From contig JBIOTN010000073.1 of the NCBI GenBank assembly GCA_044866005.1, forward strand, positions 1 to 35,208: 35,208 bases of DNA. The letters run 5' to 3'. The notes beneath the pieces were generated by a model. It worked only from the letters and a program-made list of their open reading frames with translations. It had not been told where the DNA came from and made no database searches. Of the stretch, positions 1-7,371 are shown one piece after another. The stretch is from Candidatus Rokuibacteriota bacterium. Its GTDB lineage: Bacteria; Methylomirabilota; Methylomirabilia; Rokubacteriales; DASRDR01. The translations under genes were made by a program, and so were the position numbers. Numbering within the stretch: position 1 is the first letter of the stretch; each line of letters opens with the position of its first letter.

Positions 1-487
1 TCACGGTGTGCCCGTGGACCTTGACCGTCGGCAGGTGGCAGACGCTGGCGCCGACGAACATCTTCGGGATCTCGATCCCCTCCGGGAAGATGTCGTTCAG
101 CTTGAGGAGCGGGCTCTGGAAGCGGTAGGCGGTCCACTCGACCTCGGTCAGCGGGATGAAGGGCAGGCCCGCGCGCTCGAGGATCGGCATCCAGCGGTTC
201 GCTACGGCGCCCTTGCGCGGGTTGGTCACGACGGTCCGGTTCTCGACCGGGTGGAGCCGCTCGCGCTGGTAGCCGTCCTCGAGGAGCGTGCGGAGGACGC
301 CCTCGAGCTGCCAGGGCTGGGTGGAGCAGGCCGGGAAGTACTTGGTCCAGGAGAGGTTGAGCTTGAGGAGGAGCTCGCCGTCCCGCGGCAGGACCTGGTC
401 GTAGCGGGCCAGGCGGAGGAGGCGCCCGTAGTCCGCGACCACGGTCTCCGGCCGCGTCCGCAGCACGGCGACGGTCGCCCGCGTCAT
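1..487 (-). CDS. DUF362-like protein (5' part; runs off the window edge)
   Basis: Absent from the ORF track because it has no stop in the window. Hand translation from ATG 487: MTRATVAVLRTRPETVVADYGRLLRLARYDQVLPRDGELLLKLNLSWTKYFPACSTQPWQLEGVLRTL...ENRTVVT...CHLPTVKVHGHTV. LLKxN, STxP and LPxxKxH are DUF362-type motifs, and codon usage is GC3-rich. Confidence 0.8.
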   Translation of the reverse strand, partial: MTRATVAVLRTRPETVVADYGRLLRLARYDQVLPRDGELLLKLNLSWTKYFPACSTQPWQLEGVLRTLLEDGYQRERLHPVENRTVVTNPRKGAVANRWMPILERAGLPFIPLTEVEWTAYRFQSPLLKLNDIFPEGIEIPKMFVGASVCHLPTVKVHGHTV

Positions 488-494
488 GGCGTCG

Positions 495-503
495 ATTCTA
501 GCA
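495..503 (-). promoter_or_regulatory. Extended -10 promoter, probably giving a leaderless mRNA for the DUF362-like gene
   Basis: Minus strand reads TG-C-TAGAAT, then 7 nt, then ATG 487. No Shine-Dalgarno fits in between. Confidence 0.6.
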
Positions 504-596
504 CGGGGCGCGCGCCCGCCCGGGTCGCCGGGCAGGGTCCCGAGGGTGCGTGCCTGATCCGCGCCGGCCGCGGGACACCCGGCGCGGCGCCCGCGG

Positions 597-3500
597 TCAG
601 GGCGAGGTCGAGCCGGTCACCTGGACCTGGCCCGAGGCCGTGGCTCCGTTGTTCGTCTCGTCCGCCTCGGCGACGGCGGCGTCGACGTCGGCCTTCGCGG
701 AGAGGTAGTAGAGCCCTGCGAAGGCGGCCGGCACGGTCACGCTCGTCGTCGGGCTCACGCTGCCTCCGCTCGCGAGCCCCGTGAGCACCCGCGATCCGAC
801 GAGGTCCCCCGCGCCGGGCGTCGGATCGCTGGCCGACATGTAGATGCCCAGGCGAAACGTTCCGGCCGCGACCGGGCCGAGGTTCCGCACGGTCGTCCGC
901 ACCGAGAGCGCCTGGCCCGCCCCCACGGTCGTCGCGGCCGAGACCGCGGTCACGGCGAGATCGGGCAGGAACGGCTGGACGCTCAGGGCGCTCGCGGCCG
1001 TGAGCCCGTTGTTGGCCTCGCCGAGCTCGGTGACCACGGATCCGACGTCGGCGACGGCGGACAGGGAGTACGACCCGGTCGCGCTCGGCAGGGTGACCTT
1101 CGTGGTGGCGCTCCAGGTCGCGCCCGCCACGAGCCCGGTCAGCGCACGGGACGCGAGGAGCGAGCCGGCGCCCGGCGGCGCGCCCTCGGCGCCGAGGTAG
1201 ATGCCGACGGTGAAGGGGCCGGCCGCGGCGGGGCCGGCGTTCGACACGGTGGTCCGCACGGCGAGCTTCTGGCCGGCGAACCCGGTCGACGGGGCGGACA
1301 CCGACACCATCACGAGGTCGGGGAGGAACTCCGTGAGCGTCATGGCGCCCGCCGTCGCCCGCGCGTTGTTCGTCTCGTCGAGCTCGGTCACCCCTGCCAG
1401 GTCATCCGCCACCGCGATCAGATGGTACGGCCCGAAGGGGACGTCGGCCGGAATCGTCGCCGTGGTCGCGGCGGTCGAGGTCGCGCCCCCGGCGAGCGCC
1501 GCCACCGTCCGGCTTCCCAGGAAGCGGTCCGCGCCGTCGAACGCGGGATCGGCCGACAGGTAGATCCCGACGCGGAAGCTCCCGCTGCTCACGGCGCCGG
1601 TGTTCGCGACGGTCGTGGTCACGGTGACCGTGTGCCCGGGCGATCCGACGGAAGGCCCGGACACCGCGCTCACGGAGAGCTCGGGCCGGGTGACCGTGAG
1701 CTGGCTCGCCGCGGTCCGCCCGTTGTTGGTCTCGTCCGACTCGGCCACGCTCCCGCCGGTATCGGCCCGGGCGGAGAGGTAATAGGTGCCGAGCGCGGTG
1801 CCGGCCGCGATGGCGACCACCGTCGTCGCGGTCGAGCTGGCGCCGCCCGCCAGGCTCGTCACGTCCCGGAACCCGAGCAGCGAGCCCGCGCCCGGGCTCG
1901 GGTCGGTCGCCGACAGGTAGATCCCGACGCGGAAGGCGCCCGCCGCTCCCGCGCCCTGGTTCGTCGCCGTGGTCGTGACGCTGATCGTCTGGCCGGGCGC
2001 GGCCACGGCCGGCGCCGAGACGGCCGCCATGACCAGGTCCGGCACCGGCGGCTCCGCCGAGAGGGTGGCGAAGATCGTGGGGCCGGAGGGGCTGATGCCG
2101 GTCACCGTCACGTTGCTCGCGCGGCCGTCGTAGAGGCGGCTCGACGGGGTCGAGGTGGCCCCGAAGGTCGGGTTCCCCGTCGACCCCGGCCAGGGGTCGC
2201 CGGGGTCACCCTGGTCGTTGCCCTTCTCGAGGTCGAACAGGCCGTCCGCCTGCATCACGGCCAGCAGGTAGTGGCTCACGGCACAGGACGGGCCGCCCGG
2301 GAAACACTCCGCCGTGTTCGAGGTCCGGCTCGCGTCGACGTGCCAGATCAGGAGGCCGGCGCCCGGCAGCCCCGCGTCGTATCCCACCTTCTGGCGGTTC
2401 TCCACCAGGAAATACTCGCCCGACGTCGCCGTGCCGGCCAGGAGCTGGTAGACGGCCGGGCTCGTGGCCGCCTGGTCGATCGGCTCGTCGACGAGCGTGC
2501 CGGTGACGAGGCGCGGAGCGATCCAGCCCTCGAAGAGCTTGCTCCACGGGTCCATGTGCGCGGGCGAGTCCCCCGGCAGGCTCGCCTGATTCCAGCTCCC
2601 GCCGCCCATGACGCCCCAGGCGCCGATGCCCTCGGACGAGCCGTCGGTGTCGTAGAGGTCGGGCAGCCCCAGGTCGTGGCCCAGCTCGTGCGCCATGATC
2701 CCGATCGTCGCCGCGTGGCCCGGCGGGCTGCCGCTCGCGCAGTGCCACTCGCCGAACTGCGCGTACGTCGCCCCGACGACCTTGCCGTCGAGGACCGGGG
2801 CCGGGACCGTGCCGCCGAGGCCCCACCGGTGGCCCCACACGCTCGGCCCGCACGGGAACGCCGAGAAGGAGCGCTCGTAGCCGGCCACGATCACGACGAC
2901 GTGGAGCTCGGTCGCGGAGATCACGCCGTCCCCGTCGCCGTCGAACGCCGCGAAGTTCACGAAGGCGTTCGCCGCGATCAGCGCGTCCCGGGTGATCGAC
3001 CGGTTCCGGTCGTCGATGGCGGCGCCGGTGTTCGGGTGCGGGTAGGCGAGGGTGACGCTCACCACGCCGTCGTCGAGCGCGCCGCTCAGGGAGGCGTTCG
3101 ACTCGGTCGCCGGCGCGAGGGTGAAGAGCCCGTACGAGACCTCCTCGTAGTAGTCCTTCACGCTGCCCGAGAGGCCGAAGAACTTGCCGGCGAGGCTCGC
3201 GCCGGTGCTGCCGACCCGCGCGCTGGGGGTGAAGTCGGCGAAGAGCACGAGGACCGGCTGGCTCCCGAGATTCGCCGTCGCGGCCTGCGCCCCGGCCGGC
3301 AGCGGCGCGGGCGCCGGACCCGAGGCGGCGCCGTCCGGGCCGGAGGCGGCCGCGGGGCCGGCCGCGAGGCGGCGCTTGGGAACCGGGAGACGCTTGGGGA
3401 CGGCGGGCGGGTGGTGCCCCACGACCGCCGACGAGGGCTGGAGACCGCCCCCGGGGGCCGGCTCGGCGTAATGCCAGAAGCCCGTGGCCTGGTCAGGGAC

Positions 3501-3719
3501 GATCGTGTAGCCGTCGTGCGTCCGGAGCCCGTTGCCGTGCTCGTCGCCGACCTGCTGCAGCCAGATGGGCGTGCCGTCGGGCTGGTGGACGAGCTCGAGG
3601 GCCGGACGGGCGGGGGCCGCGCCCGCGCGCTCGGGCACGGCGGGCAGCGTCAGGATCGCGACGAGGAGGAAGCAGAGGCCCAGCCAGCCCCTCCCCGGCG
3701 GACACGACTTCCCCGGCAT
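597..3719 (-). CDS. Secreted M6-family (immune inhibitor A-like) zinc metalloprotease with four C-terminal CARDB/Ig-like domains
   Basis: Signal peptide; pro-region APA...QPDGT...GDEH; YYEEVSYG; HELGHDLGLPDLYD zinc motif (HELGH at 2676-2690); WGVMGGGSW Met-turn; EYFLVENRQ..GYD and GLLIWHVD; four PDL/PEL...E.DE.NN repeats. GGAGG precedes the ATG. Confidence 0.92.
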   Translation of the reverse strand: MPGKSCPPGRGWLGLCFLLVAILTLPAVPERAGAAPARPALELVHQPDGTPIWLQQVGDEHGNGLRTHDGYTIVPDQATGFWHYAEPAPGGGLQPSSAVVGHHPPAVPKRLPVPKRRLAAGPAAASGPDGAASGPAPAPLPAGAQAATANLGSQPVLVLFADFTPSARVGSTGASLAGKFFGLSGSVKDYYEEVSYGLFTLAPATESNASLSGALDDGVVSVTLAYPHPNTGAAIDDRNRSITRDALIAANAFVNFAAFDGDGDGVISATELHVVVIVAGYERSFSAFPCGPSVWGHRWGLGGTVPAPVLDGKVVGATYAQFGEWHCASGSPPGHAATIGIMAHELGHDLGLPDLYDTDGSSEGIGAWGVMGGGSWNQASLPGDSPAHMDPWSKLFEGWIAPRLVTGTLVDEPIDQAATSPAVYQLLAGTATSGEYFLVENRQKVGYDAGLPGAGLLIWHVDASRTSNTAECFPGGPSCAVSHYLLAVMQADGLFDLEKGNDQGDPGDPWPGSTGNPTFGATSTPSSRLYDGRASNVTVTGISPSGPTIFATLSAEPPVPDLVMAAVSAPAVAAPGQTISVTTTATNQGAGAAGAFRVGIYLSATDPSPGAGSLLGFRDVTSLAGGASSTATTVVAIAAGTALGTYYLSARADTGGSVAESDETNNGRTAASQLTVTRPELSVSAVSGPSVGSPGHTVTVTTTVANTGAVSSGSFRVGIYLSADPAFDGADRFLGSRTVAALAGGATSTAATTATIPADVPFGPYHLIAVADDLAGVTELDETNNARATAGAMTLTEFLPDLVMVSVSAPSTGFAGQKLAVRTTVSNAGPAAAGPFTVGIYLGAEGAPPGAGSLLASRALTGLVAGATWSATTKVTLPSATGSYSLSAVADVGSVVTELGEANNGLTAASALSVQPFLPDLAVTAVSAATTVGAGQALSVRTTVRNLGPVAAGTFRLGIYMSASDPTPGAGDLVGSRVLTGLASGGSVSPTTSVTVPAAFAGLYYLSAKADVDAAVAEADETNNGATASGQVQVTGSTSP
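610..2042 (-). repeat. Four tandem CARDB-like domain repeats within the protease gene
   Basis: Units start at about 2042, 1685, 1322 and 965 (periods 357, 363, 357 bp). Each has P[DE]L.V..VS, V.TT..N.G, F.VGIYL, G.Y.L.A.AD and E..E.NN. Confidence 0.85.
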
Positions 3720-3755
3720 GCGGTTACGCCCTCCCGTAACCCACGCTCGCTCGCC

Positions 3756-4151
3756 CTAGGACGGTGCCGCTTCGCTCACGTCGGAGATCCAGTAGCGACC
3801 GCCGCGCTCGTCACCGCGGAACGTCACCCGGCCGGTGACGACCTTCCCCACGAGCCGAGCGGACACAGCCTCCCGCGAGTACACCTCCAGCGTGTCGCCA
3901 GGGCCGGCCGTGAGGAGGTTCGCTTTCCGTGGCACCTCCCGCACGGCGAGGAGGCGGAGCGTCAGCCGGACCAGCTGCTGCGGCGGGCTGATGCTCACCG
4001 TGGACGAGTCGACGGCGGCGACCGCGAGCGCCTCGCCGGTGACGACGGCCTCGTTCGGGACCGCCGGGGCCCCGGGCGCCGAATGCGCCATGGGAAGCCC
4101 GAGCAGGCCGATCAGGACGATCAGGCAGAGCGAGGCAGCCGGGCGCCTCAT
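3756..4151 (-). CDS. Small secreted hypothetical protein (131 aa, beta-rich)
   Basis: ATG 4151 follows an AAGGA Shine-Dalgarno and begins a signal peptide (MRRPAASLCLIVLIGLLGLPMAHSA). It stops 36 nt before the protease start. The ORF-track start at 4199 lies inside the predicted promoter. Confidence 0.7.
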   Translation of the reverse strand: MRRPAASLCLIVLIGLLGLPMAHSAPGAPAVPNEAVVTGEALAVAAVDSSTVSISPPQQLVRLTLRLLAVREVPRKANLLTAGPGDTLEVYSREAVSARLVGKVVTGRVTFRGDERGGRYWISDVSEAAPS

Positions 4152-4179
4152 CAGCGGGTCATCCTTGAAAATGCGCCGG

Positions 4180-4209
4180 AGTATTTCACCTCGTTCCAAC
4201 CGCTGTCAA
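4180..4209 (-). promoter_or_regulatory. Sigma70-like promoter for the secreted protein/protease pair
   Basis: TTGACA (4209-4204), 18 nt, AATACT (4185-4180) with a TG extension, in an AT-richer patch. Confidence 0.55.
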
Positions 4210-4276
4210 GAAACGAATGAGCCCGAGGGGTATTCCCCCACGGAGTGGCGCCGGGGCGCCTGCATCAGGCGGTGCA

Positions 4277-4292
4277 TGCAGGCGGCATACCC
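4277..4292 (-). promoter_or_regulatory. Possible sigma54 -24/-12 promoter
   Basis: Minus strand GGGTATGCCGCCTGCA has GG-N10-GC spacing, but is an imperfect match to TGGCAC-N5-TTGCW. Confidence 0.3.
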
Positions 4293-4515
4293 GGCTGGCA
4301 CCGCCGGCTCCCGCCGCGTTCGCCAGGGGTTACGCGCGAGCGGCGCCGGGCGGCCCCGGAGCGGTCGGGTTTTGGGCGGCCGGCCCGATCAGATTCGCGC
4401 CAGCCGGCGGAGCCCGGCGGGCCGCGTGCCGGCGCGTCCGCCATGTGCTAGGGTGATTGCCGATCCGGACGTGGACGATGGGTCGAGGGGAGGCCGCGGA
4501 CGTGATCCGGGTCTC

Positions 4516-5193
4516 GTGAGCGGCGTGACGCGCCGGACGAAGGCGCGCTGGCAGACCGCCGCGCTCACGGCCGTCATGTTTCTGGTGCTCGGCGCCCTGC
4601 TCGTCGTCCGACCGTCCCTCGTCCTGGCCCCGGTCGGCCGCTTCCTGGTGGTGGCGGATCCGCTCGTCCCGGCTGATGCGGTGGTCTCCCTCGCCGGGGA
4701 GCGGCTGGGTGAGCGCGCGTTCGCGACGCGCGACGTCTATCGGGCGGGCTGGGCCGGCCGCGTCATCCTCTCCCAGGAGCCACGGCCCTGGCTGGCGGAC
4801 CGGATCGAGCACCTCGGGATCCCGGTCTGGCTGGGACACGATCTGAGCCACCGGGTGCTCACGGGCTCCGGCGTGCCCGACGCGGCCATCGAGCTCTTGC
4901 CGCCGACCGAGAACACGCTCGGCGAGGCGCTGGCCGTGCGGCGCCTGGTCCAGACGCGCGGGTGGTCCGCGGTCATCGTGGTGACGTCGAAGTTCCACGC
5001 CCGACGAGCCTGCTGGACCTTCCGGCGGATCCTGCGCGGCACGGCGCGCGTGATCTGCCACCCCAGCCCCTACGACCGCTTCGACCCGGAGCGGTGGTGG
5101 CAAGACGACCGCATGGCGCTGAGCCTCGCCAGCGAATATCTGAAGCTCGCCGCGAACGCGCTCGCCGACCTCTTCGGACGCCGGCCCGCCTGA
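4516..5193 (+). CDS. YdcF/DUF218 (ElyC/SanA-like) family membrane-anchored protein
   Basis: N-terminal TM helix, then ADAVVSLAG..ER, GVPDAAI, ENTLGEA, VIVVTSKFHARRA and SEYLKL. Start is uncertain (in-frame GTGs at 4471, 4516, 4525). A TG-C-TAGGGT extended -10 lies at 4446-4454. Confidence 0.85.
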   Translation: MSGVTRRTKARWQTAALTAVMFLVLGALLVVRPSLVLAPVGRFLVVADPLVPADAVVSLAGERLGERAFATRDVYRAGWAGRVILSQEPRPWLADRIEHLGIPVWLGHDLSHRVLTGSGVPDAAIELLPPTENTLGEALAVRRLVQTRGWSAVIVVTSKFHARRACWTFRRILRGTARVICHPSPYDRFDPERWWQDDRMALSLASEYLKLAANALADLFGRRPA

Positions 5194-5314
5194 CGTTTTC
5201 TCGTAGCCTGACAGCGTCCTAGGCGCTGCGCCCGCCCCGCTTCCACACCACCGCCCCCGTGACAGGGTTCCGTCGCGGACAGATCGAGGCACCTCGCGCG
5301 GCGGCCGGAGCACT

Positions 5315-5396
5315 CCGCGCGCCGGCTTCGCCGGCGGCCCACCCCCCCAGCCCGAAAAGGGAGGGCCTCGGGGGGGTCTTCCGAGACCCCCCCGAG
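5315..5396 (-). repeat. REP-like two-hairpin element, copy C (inverted relative to A and B), between convergent genes
   Basis: Perfect 13-bp stem CTCGGGGGGGTCT-TCCG-AGACCCCCCCGAG (5367-5396). On the minus strand it is followed by GCCCTCCC and then GCCGGC-GAA-GCCGGCGC, as in copies A and B. Confidence 0.7.
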
Positions 5397-5402
5397 AAAA
5401 AC

Positions 5403-6278
5403 CTAGTGCGTGCCGTAGAGCAGGACGATCACCGTCCCCGCCCAGAGGGCGACGTCCAGGAGCAGCGCGCGATCCGTCAAGAGGTGCTCCGATGGGTTCC
5501 CGCCGAGGTCCCGCCGGTAAAGGAGATAGAGATAGCGGAAGATCCCGTAGAGGACGAACGGGATCGTGAGCGGCAGCTGCGTGGTCCCCAGCCGGGCGGC
5601 CGTCTCGGGCGCGACCGTGTAGAGCGCGTACGCCATGAGCGTCGAGGCGGTGACCACCGCGATCATCTGGTCCAGCAGCTCGGGGGAGTACTCGGACAGG
5701 ATGGGCCGGTGGTCCACCGCCGCGTGCTCCAGCAGCAGTAGCTCGTGCCGCCGCTTCCCGAAGGTGAGGAAGAGGGCCAGGAGGATCGTGCAGAGCAGGA
5801 GCCAGTGGGAGAACTCGGCCCCGATGACGACGACCCCGGCCAGCGCGCGCAGGACGAAGCCCGCCGCGATGATCAGCGCGTCGAGGATGACGACGTTCTT
5901 GAGCCCGGCCGAGTACGCCGTGAGCAGGGTCGCGTACGCGAGCGCCACGACCCCCAGCCGCAGGGAGAGCGCGAACGCGGCGACGCCGGCGAGCCCGAGG
6001 AGGGCTGCGCCCACGCCCAGCGCGACGGCTGCCGGGAGCCGGCCCGACGCCACGGGCCGGAACCGCTTCCGGGGGTGACTGCGGTCGCGCTCGGCGTCCT
6101 GCACGTCGTTGATGAGATACATGCTGCCCGACAGCGCGCAAAAGATCAGGAAGGCGACGAGGACCCGGCCGACGAGGGCGGGGCGGTGCAGGTTCTGCGA
6201 GAAGATCAGTCCGGCGAAGACGAGAGCGTTCTTGGTCCACTGGCCGGGCCGGAGGGAGACGACGAGGTCGCGGATCAC
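5403..6278 (-). CDS. UbiA-family polyprenyl-phosphate phosphoribosyltransferase (DPPR synthase-like)
   Basis: LRPGQWTKNALVF, YLINDVQDAERDRSHPRKRFRPVASG, YSAGLK, GFVLRALAG, GKRRHEL, YSPELLDQM and YGIFRYL match the Rv3806c-type subfamily. Multiple TM helices. Confidence 0.9.
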   Translation of the reverse strand: MIRDLVVSLRPGQWTKNALVFAGLIFSQNLHRPALVGRVLVAFLIFCALSGSMYLINDVQDAERDRSHPRKRFRPVASGRLPAAVALGVGAALLGLAGVAAFALSLRLGVVALAYATLLTAYSAGLKNVVILDALIIAAGFVLRALAGVVVIGAEFSHWLLLCTILLALFLTFGKRRHELLLLEHAAVDHRPILSEYSPELLDQMIAVVTASTLMAYALYTVAPETAARLGTTQLPLTIPFVLYGIFRYLYLLYRRDLGGNPSEHLLTDRALLLDVALWAGTVIVLLYGTH

Positions 6279-6303
6279 GCCCGGCTCCGGCCCGGAGCGG
6301 CGT

Positions 6304-7233
6304 TCAGGCGGAGAAGGCGGCGACGGTGCGGCGCAGGCCCTCCACGAAGCTCACGGCCGGCACGTACCCCAAGCGCTCGCGCGCCCGCGAGATGTCCGCG
6401 AGCGTGTCGCGCACGTCGCCTGGCCGCGCCGGCGAGTGCCGGACCGGCAGCGGCCGGCCGAGGACCTCCTCGAGCCCGCGGGCGATGTCGAGCACCGAGC
6501 GCCGGTCCCCGCAGGCGATGTTGAAGGCGTCGCCGCCGACCTTCGGCGCCTCCGCGGCGACCAGGTTGGCGTCCACGACGTTCTGGACGTACGTGAAGTC
6601 CCGCGTCTGCTCGCCGTCGCCGTGGACCTCGAGCGGAACGCCCTTCCGCGCCGCCAGGATGAACCGCGCGACGACGGCGGCATACTCCGACTGCGGGTCC
6701 TGGCGGGGCCCGAAGACGTTGAAGTAGCGCAGGGAGACGGTCTCCAGGCCGTAGTGCCGGTCGAAGTTCGCGCAGTAGTGCTCGCCGATCAGCTTCGACG
6801 CCCCGTAGGGGGAGATCGGCAGCGGGCGCAGCTCCTCGTGGAGCGGCAGCGTCGGCTGGTCGCCGTACACCGAGGAGGACGACGCGAAGACGAGCCGACG
6901 GACGCCGGCGGCGCGGGCCGCGAGGAGGAGCCGCATCGTCCCGGTGACGTTCACGTCGTGGTAGGCGAACGGCTCCTCGACCGACCGCGGAACCGAGCGC
7001 AGCGCGGCCTGGTGGAAGACGACCTCGACCCCCGCGAGGGCGCGGTCGACCGCCGCGGGGTCGCGGATGTCGCCGGCCACGACCTCCAGGTCTCGGTGCG
7101 ACGGGAGGAACTCCCGGCGGCCGGCCGAGAAGTCGTCCAGTACGCGCACCCGACGGCCGCGGGCGAGCAGCGCCTCGACCAGGTGCGAGCCGATGAAGCC
7201 GGCCCCGCCGGTGACGAGCGCGAGCGTGGCCAT
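6304..7233 (-). CDS. SDR NDP-sugar 4-epimerase, WbpP-like (UDP-GlcNAc/GlcNAcA 4-epimerase type)
   Basis: TGGAGFIGS, HQAALRSVPRSVEEP, ASSSSVYG, YGASK, RYFNVFGPRQDPQSEYAAV, GDGEQTRDFTYV, RPGDVR. Confidence 0.88.
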   Translation of the reverse strand: MATLALVTGGAGFIGSHLVEALLARGRRVRVLDDFSAGRREFLPSHRDLEVVAGDIRDPAAVDRALAGVEVVFHQAALRSVPRSVEEPFAYHDVNVTGTMRLLLAARAAGVRRLVFASSSSVYGDQPTLPLHEELRPLPISPYGASKLIGEHYCANFDRHYGLETVSLRYFNVFGPRQDPQSEYAAVVARFILAARKGVPLEVHGDGEQTRDFTYVQNVVDANLVAAEAPKVGGDAFNIACGDRRSVLDIARGLEEVLGRPLPVRHSPARPGDVRDTLADISRARERLGYVPAVSFVEGLRRTVAAFSA

Positions 7234-7241
7234 TACCGCTT

Positions 7242-7326
7242 TCGGAGGGGGGCGGGGCTCCCCTCCGATGCCTCCCCCCCGGCCGTTGCGCCGGCCGAGC
7301 CGGCGCTCGGCGCGCTTCGGTCCGGA
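7242..7326 (+). repeat. REP-like two-hairpin element, copy A
   Basis: TCGGAGGGGGGC-GGG-GCTCCCCTCCGA (12-bp stem with one G-U pair), TGCCTCCCC, GCGCCGGC-CGA-GCCGGCGC, tail GCTTCGGTCCGGA. Aligns along its length with 8357-8443. Confidence 0.8.
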
Positions 7327-7371
7327 CGGCGAGGCCCGCTTCCCCGGCCCGCGTCGTGTCTCCGCATTCGG

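Noticed and set aside
610..2042. Periodic repeats as a CRISPR array or mobile element
   Set aside because: They are ~360-bp in-frame protein-domain repeats, with no identical short repeats separated by unique spacers. No cas, transposase or integrase gene was seen.
3835..4470. N-terminal half of the 452-aa plus-strand ORF
   Set aside because: It is antisense to the secreted-protein gene and crosses the promoter region. Only the YdcF part looks like a protein.
5367..5401. 13-bp hairpin with an A5 run as an intrinsic terminator
   Set aside because: On the minus strand the U-run precedes the stem, and on the plus strand the stem is followed by A's. It is better explained as part of the repeat family, although it may still stabilise 3' ends.
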